Virus record (IMG/VR): IMGVR_UViG_3300020282_000017
Coordinates: 1 to 25,887 of that record
Reading direction: 5' to 3' (one strand)
Length of the DNA: 25,887 nt
DNA from: a virus
Taxonomy: Duplodnaviria; Caudoviricetes
This document shows, piece by piece, positions 6,673 to 15,921 of the stretch (the first letter of the stretch is position 1; every line of letters begins with the position of its first letter). The translations under genes were made by a program, and so were the position numbers. The notes below the pieces were generated by a model. It made no database searches and was not told the origin of the DNA. It was given only the letters and a program-made list of their open reading frames with translations.

Positions 6673-8045
6673 TGACAGTACAAAGACAAAGAAATTCATT
6701 AAGAAGGTCGTCAATAAGTATTAATGTAATACGTAATTCTGTATCAGGATTATCAAAAGGATTATTAAATATTGGAAAAAGAACAAGTGAAATATTAAAA
6801 ATAACAAGGGACTCAAATTTATTTAAAAAAACTTTAAATCGAAAGGATGATAATTTTTTTCGTAAAAGAAGAGAAAATGTAGCACGAAAACAAAGAGAAG
6901 ATGAATTAGAGGCTGCATCAGTAACAGGTGTTGCAAAAACAAAGGGTAGTTTGATACAAAAAAGCACGAGAGGATTTTTTGGAAGAATTTTAAATTTTTT
7001 AGGAGTGCTATTATTAGGTTGGGCACTAGAGAATTTACCTAAATTTATTAATGCGTTCCAAAAATTATTCAAACTTATAACTAAAGTAGTTGGTATAATG
7101 AGTGGTTTTATAAAAGTCATTACAGGTTTTCTTACTGCAATAGGAACAGGAATTGCAAATTTTCTTGGTATCTTTACAAAGATAGATTTCGCTGAGAGTG
7201 CAAAAAAAATACAAGAACTAATACAAAAAGGAGCGAATGGTTTAGTAAAATTAAATCAGGAATTTTTATCTGGTATTGCAGGATTTTTAACTGATGAACA
7301 AATAAGTGGTGCTGCGTTAGAGGGAATAGAAAGTGAAATAGGCACATCTGCATCTCAACAGGAAGGAGTAGAATTTGAAGGGAGACCCATTGATACTGAA
7401 GAAAATCAAGAAAATGAAGAAATAGAAACAAGAGATAATGGTGGGGATGTTGTTAAGGGAGAACCATATTTAATAGGTTTAAATCCGATGACTGGAAAAC
7501 CTGATGAGAGAACAGAGACATTTTTTCCAGATAGTGATGGTTTCATAGCAAGTAACAAAGATACAACTGACTTAATACAAGGTCAAGGAACTAATGTAAA
7601 CGATGAACAACTATCTCAAACTATAAGTAAAGAAGATGCAATCAAGGAGAGTGATAAATTTGTTAATGATTCATTAGAGGGTGGAATTGAAACATTACTA
7701 GGTTCAAATAAAAATCCTCAAAAAAGTAATGAAGAATTACTTCCAAAAAATGAGTTTGAAAATAGCATTAATGACGCTAACAAATTTTTTAATAAGTCAG
7801 GGAAAAATAAAATACAGGCAAAAATAGATGAGGAAGTAACACCGACTAAAAAAGAAATTCCAAATTTAAAGAGAAATAATAAAAAAAATAAAAATCAAGT
7901 TATAATTGTTGAAAAAATAGTAAGTACACAATCTTCATCCACTCCTGTAGTAAATAGTAGTACAAGTTCAATACCTTCAACAAAAAAGTCAGATGTATCG
8001 ACTTTTTTACAGTTTCAAAGTGTAAGTAATCTAAAGTACACCTAA
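6672..8045 (+). CDS. Second tape-measure-like virion protein
   Basis: Coiled coil ending RKQREDELEA, then FFGRILNFLGVLLLGW and amphipathic repeats; a TRDNGGDVVKGEPYLIG...ETFFP..DGFI motif like those in tape-measure C-termini; TAATG overlaps on both sides. Confidence 0.5.
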   Translation: MTVQRQRNSLRRSSISINVIRNSVSGLSKGLLNIGKRTSEILKITRDSNLFKKTLNRKDDNFFRKRRENVARKQREDELEAASVTGVAKTKGSLIQKSTRGFFGRILNFLGVLLLGWALENLPKFINAFQKLFKLITKVVGIMSGFIKVITGFLTAIGTGIANFLGIFTKIDFAESAKKIQELIQKGANGLVKLNQEFLSGIAGFLTDEQISGAALEGIESEIGTSASQQEGVEFEGRPIDTEENQENEEIETRDNGGDVVKGEPYLIGLNPMTGKPDERTETFFPDSDGFIASNKDTTDLIQGQGTNVNDEQLSQTISKEDAIKESDKFVNDSLEGGIETLLGSNKNPQKSNEELLPKNEFENSINDANKFFNKSGKNKIQAKIDEEVTPTKKEIPNLKRNNKKNKNQVIIVEKIVSTQSSSTPVVNSSTSSIPSTKKSDVSTFLQFQSVSNLKYT

Positions 8046-9376
8046 TGTCAGCAATAGATCCAAGTGTATACGAAATATTTTCAATTAAATCAGCTAATGG
8101 TTCCAAAACAGTTGATTTGAGAGCTGGTGTTATAAGTTTTAGTTATTTTGAAGATGTGTTCTCTCCCATGGTGACAGCAACTGTTTTAATTTCTAGCACT
8201 GGTGGTGTTATGAAGGATGAAGATGGTGACTCTGTTTCAATGTATAATGGTCTACCATTGAGAGGTGGTGAAAGAGTTTCCATAAAAATACCAAGTAACT
8301 CAGATAATAATATTGATTTGGAATTTACGGAAGAAAATGATAGAGAGTTATTTGTTGCTTCAATTACAAACGTATTAATCAGTGCAGAAAGTGAATCATT
8401 TACATTAAATTTAGTATCAAGAGAGGCGATATCAAATGAAACATCAAGAGTTGGTAAAAAATTTCCATCATCTGAACCTATATCAGACAGTGTCAAAGAA
8501 ATAATAGAAAAATATTTATTAAGCAAAAAAGAAGTGACAGTGGATGAAACTATGAATCCATATGGTTTTTATGGAAATATGAAAAAACCATTCACCATAC
8601 TTACATGGTTGGCATCAAAATCAGTGCCAGGAAATTCATCAGGTCAAAGTTCAAGTGCTGGATATTTTTTCTATGAAACAAAAGATGGATATAATTTTAG
8701 ATCAGTCGATACTTTAGTAACGCAAGAACCTTTTGCAGAAAAATACACATATTCACCTGGTGTTGTTGATAATCTGGATCCTAGAAAAGATTTTAAAATT
8801 TTACAATATAGTGTTAGTAGAAATCAAAATTTGATTCATAACTTAGAGAGAGGAGCTTATTGTACATATCGAATGTACTTGAACCCCGTAACATTTAGAT
8901 TTACAACTGTAGAGCAAGGTTTATTTAAAACATCTGATTATGCAGATAAAATGGAGAATTTAGGAGAATCGTTTGAGGTAGAATTAGCACCAGTCGATGA
9001 TACTGGTAAAACATTAGCTGATATTCCCAGTAGATTCATGACAGGAGTTTTAGATTTTGGAATCACAGAAAAAAAAGATAAAAATTCAAGGAAGAAAAAT
9101 GCTGATCCAATGGAATATAAATCTCAGGCAATGATGCGTTACAATACAATATTCACAAATAATTGTACAATGACAATACCTTTGAATACAAATTTAGTCG
9201 CTGGCGGTTTGATAGATTGTCAATTTGCCAAAATTACTACTGACGAAAAAAAATCTATTGATCAGAAACAAAGTGGTCTATATATGATAAAAGAATTAGT
9301 GCATTTTTATGAAAGTACAGGTTCATTTACTAAGTTGAAATTAATTAAAGATACTTTTGGAAAGAGGGAAAAATGA
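8045..9376 (+). CDS. Baseplate hub protein (T4 gp27 / late control D-like)
   Basis: SYFEDVFSP.VTA, LPLRGGE.V, KPF....WLASKS, GYFFYETKDGYNFRSVD, SGLYMIKEL.H; immediately upstream of gp5. Confidence 0.65.
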   Translation: MSAIDPSVYEIFSIKSANGSKTVDLRAGVISFSYFEDVFSPMVTATVLISSTGGVMKDEDGDSVSMYNGLPLRGGERVSIKIPSNSDNNIDLEFTEENDRELFVASITNVLISAESESFTLNLVSREAISNETSRVGKKFPSSEPISDSVKEIIEKYLLSKKEVTVDETMNPYGFYGNMKKPFTILTWLASKSVPGNSSGQSSSAGYFFYETKDGYNFRSVDTLVTQEPFAEKYTYSPGVVDNLDPRKDFKILQYSVSRNQNLIHNLERGAYCTYRMYLNPVTFRFTTVEQGLFKTSDYADKMENLGESFEVELAPVDDTGKTLADIPSRFMTGVLDFGITEKKDKNSRKKNADPMEYKSQAMMRYNTIFTNNCTMTIPLNTNLVAGGLIDCQFAKITTDEKKSIDQKQSGLYMIKELVHFYESTGSFTKLKLIKDTFGKREK

Positions 9377-11802
9377 TAGAAAATAATCTGTTTAATAGTG
9401 GGTTTCTTGGTAGAGATGGTTTTCGTTGGTGGATTGGTCAAATTCCACCAAGAACAAGTTGGTCTCTTACGGGAAATCGTAAACCTGATGCATGGGGTAA
9501 TCGTGTCAAAGTTCGTATCATGGGGTATCATCCTCAAAATAAAACGGAACTTAAAGACAAAGATTTGCCTTGGGCAACAGTAATATTACCTACTAATAAT
9601 GGATCTGGTAAGGCAGCATTCAAAAAACCAATTAGAGTAAATCAGGGAGATATTGTTGTTGGATTCTTCTTGGATGGTGATGACGCACAACAACCTGTAA
9701 TTTTTGGTGTTATAGGTAATTCAAAATATGTTGTCAATAAGAAAGGTGATAATCCATTTACTCCAATGTCAGGTTTCACCCCAGATAACAAACCAGAAGG
9801 TAAAAGGATAACAGAAAAAGGAAGTGAGATAAATGATGATAGCACAGATACAATTCAACCAGTTTTAGATCTTGAAAAAGATAAAACCGAAAAACTAACA
9901 AAAGAAACAGGAATAGAACATCGTTCTACATCTGATGTAATAGGTCATTGTGTTGCAAACGCTGGAACAGATGCTACATCTGAGATGAAATCGTCAATAA
10001 AAAATTTATCAAATCAAGTTAAAAATTCCTCTGCAGGTAGCAAATTTGGATTAATATCATCAGCATCCAAACAGATTAAAAACGTTTCAAGTAAATTCAC
10101 ACAAGGTATGACAAAGGGAGCCTTTACGTCTTTAGCACCTGCCCTGAATGGTGGATTGGATGGTATGTACAATAAGGTTTATACAAGCACTTTACTAGCA
10201 ACAAAAAATACTGCGATTGCAAAGAAATTCGGAACTGCTGCGATTACTGCTATGGTGCCTAATATTGATGCATTAGCTTCAAAATTATCATGTGTCAATG
10301 AGGCATTAGGAAAAGATTTATTACCAGATATAAATTCATTGCTTACAAATTTTGTTGATAATGTTGAAAATCCAACAGATTGTATGGCAGAACAAGTTAC
10401 TGGTGCAATTTTTAATAAAATTGTAAACGGTATTGGAGGTAACTTAGCACCTGAATTGGGTGGTGTAAGTAAAATACTTGGTGGATTTGATTTAGTAAAT
10501 GATTTAAGAGGAAAAGCAGAGGGATTATTTGGAGTTCAACAAGCATTAGATTGTGTAAAACCACAAACAAGTGATAATCCAGCAGCGATATGGTGTTTAG
10601 GTAAAGGACCGATGAATATGCCTGGTGTTGCTGCAGAAAAAATTATGAGTATCGCAAACGCTGCACAATCGTTACAAGAGGCAGCAGGAGCACCAGGTGG
10701 TATATTGGGTGAACTTGGTGTATTTGATTTCATGAATCCAAATGTAAGTTCACCAAATTATGGTGGGGAATGCTCTGCTGAACCACCACAAAATTGTAAT
10801 GGTGTTCAAGTAAAAGTATTTGGTGGTGATGGTCAAGGTGTAGAGGCAGAACCTATAATTGGTGATGCAGTGGGTGTAGGAACACAAAGGACTGGAAGTT
10901 TAATAGGTGTCAAACTTAATAATACTGGATCAGGATTTAGTGAACCACCTGAAGTAGAGATTACTGATAATTGTAATCAAGGGTATGGTGCAAATGCAAG
11001 AGCAATTATTGACTATGATCCATCTTCACCAACATACCAGCAGGTCACAGACATTTATGTTGTTACTTCTGGTGAAAATTATCCAATTATTGAAGAAAAT
11101 ACAGATGAGAAAACTTATGTAGTAGATCATGTGGTAGTTATTAATCCAGGACAAAATTATACAAATGATGATATTATAACAGATAATGTTGGTAATGTAT
11201 ATGAAAAAATATTAGATACTAATGGTCGAATATTGAATGTAATACCTCCAAACGCAAAATTAGATAATGTATTACCCGTAATTGGATTCCCAGTGTTAAA
11301 TATTGAAACATCTAATGGTTATGGTGCTATTATAAGACCACAAATTGCACCAAGACCAGATTATCAGGGTGAGATTAAGCAAGTAATTGATTGTATTACA
11401 CCTCGTGATGGTCTTATTGGATTTGTTAATGGTGATCCATATTATGGTCCATTCCATGTTCACCCTACAAGAGGAGTAAAAATGGTTGGTGCTGCTCATA
11501 CTACATCCCCACATTCAATTATCTATGATACACCTGCTGAAAGTAGATCGTCATTAAGAACTGTTTCATCAACATCTACAACTATTAATAAGCAAATAAC
11601 ATCAACATCTCAATCAACACCAAGTAATGAACCAGTTACACCGATAGAAATGACAGATACACCTACCACAACAACGTCAAACGATTCGTATCAAGCACCA
11701 CCATCATCACCTCCTAGCAATCCTCCAAGTTCACCACCTCCAAGTTCACCACCTCCAAGTTCACCACCAAGTGGTGGTGGAGGTGGTGGTTATGGTTACT
11801 AA
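9373..11802 (+). CDS. gp5: Baseplate hub / spike protein with gp5 N-terminal OB-fold, no recognisable lysozyme domain
   Basis: GRDGFRWWIGQI, RVKVRIMGYHP, DLPWA, VVGFFLDGDDAQQPVIFG are the gp5 OB-fold; followed by a helical region, beta repeats, a His-rich module and a Ser/Pro/Gly tail. ATGA overlap with the previous gene. Confidence 0.85.
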   Translation: MIENNLFNSGFLGRDGFRWWIGQIPPRTSWSLTGNRKPDAWGNRVKVRIMGYHPQNKTELKDKDLPWATVILPTNNGSGKAAFKKPIRVNQGDIVVGFFLDGDDAQQPVIFGVIGNSKYVVNKKGDNPFTPMSGFTPDNKPEGKRITEKGSEINDDSTDTIQPVLDLEKDKTEKLTKETGIEHRSTSDVIGHCVANAGTDATSEMKSSIKNLSNQVKNSSAGSKFGLISSASKQIKNVSSKFTQGMTKGAFTSLAPALNGGLDGMYNKVYTSTLLATKNTAIAKKFGTAAITAMVPNIDALASKLSCVNEALGKDLLPDINSLLTNFVDNVENPTDCMAEQVTGAIFNKIVNGIGGNLAPELGGVSKILGGFDLVNDLRGKAEGLFGVQQALDCVKPQTSDNPAAIWCLGKGPMNMPGVAAEKIMSIANAAQSLQEAAGAPGGILGELGVFDFMNPNVSSPNYGGECSAEPPQNCNGVQVKVFGGDGQGVEAEPIIGDAVGVGTQRTGSLIGVKLNNTGSGFSEPPEVEITDNCNQGYGANARAIIDYDPSSPTYQQVTDIYVVTSGENYPIIEENTDEKTYVVDHVVVINPGQNYTNDDIITDNVGNVYEKILDTNGRILNVIPPNAKLDNVLPVIGFPVLNIETSNGYGAIIRPQIAPRPDYQGEIKQVIDCITPRDGLIGFVNGDPYYGPFHVHPTRGVKMVGAAHTTSPHSIIYDTPAESRSSLRTVSSTSTTINKQITSTSQSTPSNEPVTPIEMTDTPTTTTSNDSYQAPPSSPPSNPPSSPPPSSPPPSSPPSGGGGGGYGY
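11722..11766 (+). repeat. 15-bp tandem repeat x3 (CCTCCAAGTTCACCA) encoding PPSSP units
   Basis: Three perfect copies at 11722, 11737 and 11752 within the gp5 3' end. Confidence 0.95.
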
Positions 11803-11808
11803 TAAATA
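11802..11808 (+). promoter_or_regulatory. Late promoter (ATAAATA) overlapping the gp5 stop
   Basis: TAATAAATA at the gp5 stop, 19 nt before the ATG at 11828. Confidence 0.65.
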
Positions 11809-11827
11809 TTACAGGTAAAAAAAAGAT

Positions 11828-12529
11828 ATGGCAAAAAATTCTTCTTCATATAATTGGTTAAAATACAGTTATGATGAAGCTCCTAATTACAAATTTAATT
11901 TTGGTGATCCAAATGTGGATTATGGTGGAGGTTCAATCGCAAGATATATTTTTGAACAAAACGATCAAACATCATACTTAGGATTATCTAAAGCTGGACA
12001 ATTAAATATGTTGAATGATGATACTGTAACTATAGCAGGTGGTAATACGAAGAAGGGTGGCACATGTGTGAATATAGTTGGAACAAATGGTGATATTAAT
12101 ATTACTGCTGACAAAGATGGGACTGTTAATATTAAAGGTGCTAAAAAAATTGTTTATGATTCTGCGGATATGGATTTTAAATGTGGAAATCATATAAATT
12201 TTAAAGCAAGTAGTATACATTTTGATTGCACTAGTTTAAGCACAGATGCATCTATAGGCAATCTAAGAGTCAGAGATGTATCATTTGCAGGTTTATGCTA
12301 TAAAAATTTACCAGTCGGTGAAAATGCATTAGATAATTTAAAATCTGATGTTTTAAAAGCGACAAAAGGTTTTCAAGAACAAGCAAAAGATTTTTCAAAA
12401 CAAGCAAAAGATTTGATGAATGATCTTCCTACAGATCAAATAAGCGAAAATCTAGGTAATGTTGCACAAAATTTTAATCCAAATGATTTATCCTCTGCAT
12501 TAAATAATTTTCCAGGTTTCGGGGTGTAA
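11828..12529 (+). CDS. Putative spike beta-helix protein (gp5 C-terminal-like, separately encoded)
   Basis: Roughly 8-residue beta repeats (GDINITADKDGTVNIKGAKKIVYDSADMDFKCGNHINFKASSIHFDC), directly after the gp5 OB-fold gene; helical C-terminus. Confidence 0.55.
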   Translation: MAKNSSSYNWLKYSYDEAPNYKFNFGDPNVDYGGGSIARYIFEQNDQTSYLGLSKAGQLNMLNDDTVTIAGGNTKKGGTCVNIVGTNGDINITADKDGTVNIKGAKKIVYDSADMDFKCGNHINFKASSIHFDCTSLSTDASIGNLRVRDVSFAGLCYKNLPVGENALDNLKSDVLKATKGFQEQAKDFSKQAKDLMNDLPTDQISENLGNVAQNFNPNDLSSALNNFPGFGV

Positions 12530-12531
12530 TC

Positions 12532-15500
12532 ATGCCAGGATTTAAAAGGGGTGAAGTTCCAAATCCTAGTTATGATAGAAGTGATGTAAATCAGTTTAGT
12601 CAAATTAGTGAATTTGCAAATGATGTTTATGTGTATGGTACATTATATGCTGACATTTCAGGTTCTGATATTGATTTTGGTGAAGTTACAACTTTTGATG
12701 ATGTAGAAATAAAAAATAATTTACTTGTATCTGGATTATCAACATTCATAGGTGCAACAGACGTTGAGTATCTTACAGTTTATCAAAGATTCAATGTTGG
12801 TGCTGCTGGTACTGTATTTGTAGCGATATCTTCAACAAGTGATCCAGATGGTCAGGTTGGTGGTCGTGTGGGTATTGGAAGTACTCAACCTCAAACATTT
12901 TTTCAAGTCGGAAATAAGGATAGTTCATTTGTAATTGATAATTTACAATCTGCTAATGATCTCATCACAAACATAAGTGATATCATCCCATCTAACACAA
13001 TAGCAGTTGGAATTGGAACCACACAACCTAAACAGAGATTTCAAGTCGGTGCAGGAAAAACTACATTTGTCGTTACTGGATTTGGTACTGCAGGTTTTGG
13101 AACTGCAAATCCTGGTGACTTTACAGGTTTTGACATTCAATATAATGAATACACAGGCAATATACCGCAACAGGGAAGATTACAAGCTGATTTTGATGGT
13201 AGTATTCGAGTAGGTAGAAACATTTACGATTCCGCAGGTTCACCAGGTGGAAATGGTTTTTTCTTACAAAGAGATGAATTTGGTATAAGGTGGGTATCAT
13301 TTGAACCAGATTTCTCAGAGGGTATTTTTATACAAGATGAGGGTGTTGATATTCCCATCACAGGTATTGCACAGTCTTTTACTAAATTAAACTTTAAGCA
13401 AATTAATAGTAATGGTATAGGGAGAGATACTGTAATTCCTATACCAAATCCATCAAATCCAACTTTTGTTGCAGATATACAAACTAAAGATTTTTGGGGA
13501 TTTGTAGGTGGTGTTAAATCAGATGGTTCGCCAGCTGATGACGCAGATAACATTTATAGAATGTCAAAAGTTGGTATCAATAATAATTCACCATCTGCAC
13601 AATTGGATATTACAGGAACTCTACATGTGACTGAAGACGTAGATTTTGATAAAGATCTTAATGTCGATGGAGATACTGATTTAAATGGAACTTTAGATGT
13701 TTCAGGAATAAGTAATTTTAACGATGTGACAAATTCTTCATCATCAACAACAGGAGCAGTGATTGTTGATGGTGGTGTTGGTATTGCAAAAAAACTTTTC
13801 GTAGGTGAATCAGCAAATATATTAGATACGACTCAAAGTATAAACGATAGCACTGGAGCACTAATCGTTGATGGTGGTGTTGGCATCAAAAAAAATGTTA
13901 ATATTACAGGTAATACAGTTGTTGGTGGTAAATTAGATGTAAATGATACAACAGAATCAACTAATACAACAAGTGGATCAGCAGTAATTGATGGTGGTAT
14001 AGGTATAGCAAAAAATATAAACATAGGTGGTGATGGTGTTATTGCAGGTAGATTAGATGTAGATGATGATACTCAATCTTCAAATACCACTACAGGTGCT
14101 CTAGTCGTTGATGGTGGAATTGGACTTGCGAAGAATTTAAATGTTGGGCAAAATGCAAAAATAGTCGGAAATCTTGAATTAGACGCTCGTATAATTGACT
14201 TTTTTGGTAATAACGGTGTTGGTGTGTGTAAAACCGATTATCGTTTATCAACTTTTGACACTGATGTAGGGGCAGGTGTATCATGGAGACCGTCAGGTGT
14301 TCAAACAAGAAGAACGTTATGGGTGACAAAGAATGGATGTGATACAAATAGTGGATTATTAGAGGGTGATGCAAAACATACGATTGGTGCTGCTGCAGCG
14401 ATAGCAGAAGAGGGTGATACTATAAGAGTTAGATCTGGAACATATGTTGAAGAGAACCCAATTGGTCTTAGAAATGATGTAGCGATTAATGGTGAAGATT
14501 TAAGATTAGTATTGCTTATACCTAAAAATAAAAATAAAGATTTCTTCCATGTTAGAAGAGGATGTTTAATCGAGAATCTTAGTTTTACTGGTCAGGATTT
14601 TGTAAACGATGATCATTCTAATTGTGGTGCTGTTGCATTTCCACCAACACAAGCAGATATAGATGCTGGATTTGAATTTCAAGCGGTTACTGGATTTACT
14701 GACGTAGGACCTGCTGACGAGGGATCATCAGGAAGATGGAGATCACCATATATTCGTAATTGCACTAATTTTATGAGAAAAAGTATTGGTATGAAAATAA
14801 ATGGGGATCATGCAAATGCAAATAATAGTGGTACAAATAATTTAGGGCAAGACCTCAAATCAATGGTATGTGATTCATTCACTCAATACAATGAAGCAGG
14901 TATTGGTGTATCATTATCAAATAATGCTTATGCACAGTTAGTTTCAATCTTCACGATATGTTGTGAGGTTGGCATCGCTGCTACATCAGGTGGACAATGT
15001 GATTTAACAAACTCAAACTCATCATTTGGTAACATAGGATTATTGGCAGATGGATTTGGTGATATTGAATTTGAAGGCACAACTTTTGGTTCAATATTAG
15101 GTGGTACTGATTCTGTCATTACTAAGAATATGAAGGATAATCTTAACAGATTTAGAACACCTTTTGATGGGCAAGGTGCCTACTTCCATTTGAATATGAG
15201 TGATTATCCTGATAGCACTTCCTCTTCTATAATTACAAAACCACTTGAGTTAGTGCGTGGTATTAGAGTTATAAATGGAGGTGCCAATGAGGATTATACT
15301 GCAGCTGCACCACCAATTATAACATTGAGTCAACCACCTGATGGTCCAGAGTCTATTTTACCTGAATTTTCCCCCAATGTGAGTGCTGCAGGTACAATTA
15401 CATCAGTAGATGTCATAAACAGTGGACGTAATTTTCTACCTGGTCAACCATTAACTGTAAATATTTCTGGTGGTGGTAGTGCTGTATTAGAGGTGGACAT

Positions 15501-15921
15501 GGATCCAATATTATTTACAGTAAGTGAAGCATCAGACACGACAACGGTGGCAAATAATGGAATATCAGGAATTTCTACAATTACATTTAATGAATTTATT
15601 CCTTATCCCATAGCAGATGATGTTAAAATTGAATTGGTTAGATTAAGTCGTATCATTACAAGTTCCCATTCATTTGAATACATAGGTTCTGGTAATGACA
15701 TAAATACAGCTAACCCATTCCAAGCAGGTAAACCAAAACCTGAAAATGAGGTTATTGCAATCAACGGGGGTCAAGTTCCGTTTACAAGTACAGATCAGAA
15801 AGGTAACTTCCGTATTGGTGATGGATTGACAATTGATCAAACCACATCTACCATAAGAGGAAGGGACTTCAATAGAGCGATACAAGCACAACTTACTCCA
15901 CTCATATTAGCATTAAACTAA
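12532..15921 (+). CDS. Tail fibre/tailspike-like structural protein with putative parallel beta-helix (pectin-lyase-like) domain
   Basis: VGIGxxxP...F/LxV fibre repeats, four TGAxxVDGGxGIxK repeats, then the beta-helix cap LWVTKNGCDTNSG...TIGAAAAIAEEGDTIRVRSGTYVE and SPYIRNCTNF, DSFTQYN motifs. Confidence 0.75.
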   Translation: MPGFKRGEVPNPSYDRSDVNQFSQISEFANDVYVYGTLYADISGSDIDFGEVTTFDDVEIKNNLLVSGLSTFIGATDVEYLTVYQRFNVGAAGTVFVAISSTSDPDGQVGGRVGIGSTQPQTFFQVGNKDSSFVIDNLQSANDLITNISDIIPSNTIAVGIGTTQPKQRFQVGAGKTTFVVTGFGTAGFGTANPGDFTGFDIQYNEYTGNIPQQGRLQADFDGSIRVGRNIYDSAGSPGGNGFFLQRDEFGIRWVSFEPDFSEGIFIQDEGVDIPITGIAQSFTKLNFKQINSNGIGRDTVIPIPNPSNPTFVADIQTKDFWGFVGGVKSDGSPADDADNIYRMSKVGINNNSPSAQLDITGTLHVTEDVDFDKDLNVDGDTDLNGTLDVSGISNFNDVTNSSSSTTGAVIVDGGVGIAKKLFVGESANILDTTQSINDSTGALIVDGGVGIKKNVNITGNTVVGGKLDVNDTTESTNTTSGSAVIDGGIGIAKNINIGGDGVIAGRLDVDDDTQSSNTTTGALVVDGGIGLAKNLNVGQNAKIVGNLELDARIIDFFGNNGVGVCKTDYRLSTFDTDVGAGVSWRPSGVQTRRTLWVTKNGCDTNSGLLEGDAKHTIGAAAAIAEEGDTIRVRSGTYVEENPIGLRNDVAINGEDLRLVLLIPKNKNKDFFHVRRGCLIENLSFTGQDFVNDDHSNCGAVAFPPTQADIDAGFEFQAVTGFTDVGPADEGSSGRWRSPYIRNCTNFMRKSIGMKINGDHANANNSGTNNLGQDLKSMVCDSFTQYNEAGIGVSLSNNAYAQLVSIFTICCEVGIAATSGGQCDLTNSNSSFGNIGLLADGFGDIEFEGTTFGSILGGTDSVITKNMKDNLNRFRTPFDGQGAYFHLNMSDYPDSTSSSIITKPLELVRGIRVINGGANEDYTAAAPPIITLSQPPDGPESILPEFSPNVSAAGTITSVDVINSGRNFLPGQPLTVNISGGGSAVLEVDMDPILFTVSEASDTTTVANNGISGISTITFNEFIPYPIADDVKIELVRLSRIITSSHSFEYIGSGNDINTANPFQAGKPKPENEVIAINGGQVPFTSTDQKGNFRIGDGLTIDQTTSTIRGRDFNRAIQAQLTPLILALN
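13720..14180 (+). repeat. Four degenerate 34-40 aa repeats (DxTxSxxxxTGAxxVDGGxGIAKxxxxG)
   Basis: TTGAVIVDGGVGIAKK / STGALIVDGGVGIKKN / TSGSAVIDGGIGIAKN / TTGALVVDGGIGLAKN, visible in DNA as recurring GTTGATGGTGG. Confidence 0.9.

Noticed and set aside
12378-12415. Short CAAGCAAAAGATTT duplication (QAKDFSKQAKDL)
   Set aside because: Two copies with a 21-bp heptad period in a helical tail; an ordinary coiled-coil duplication.
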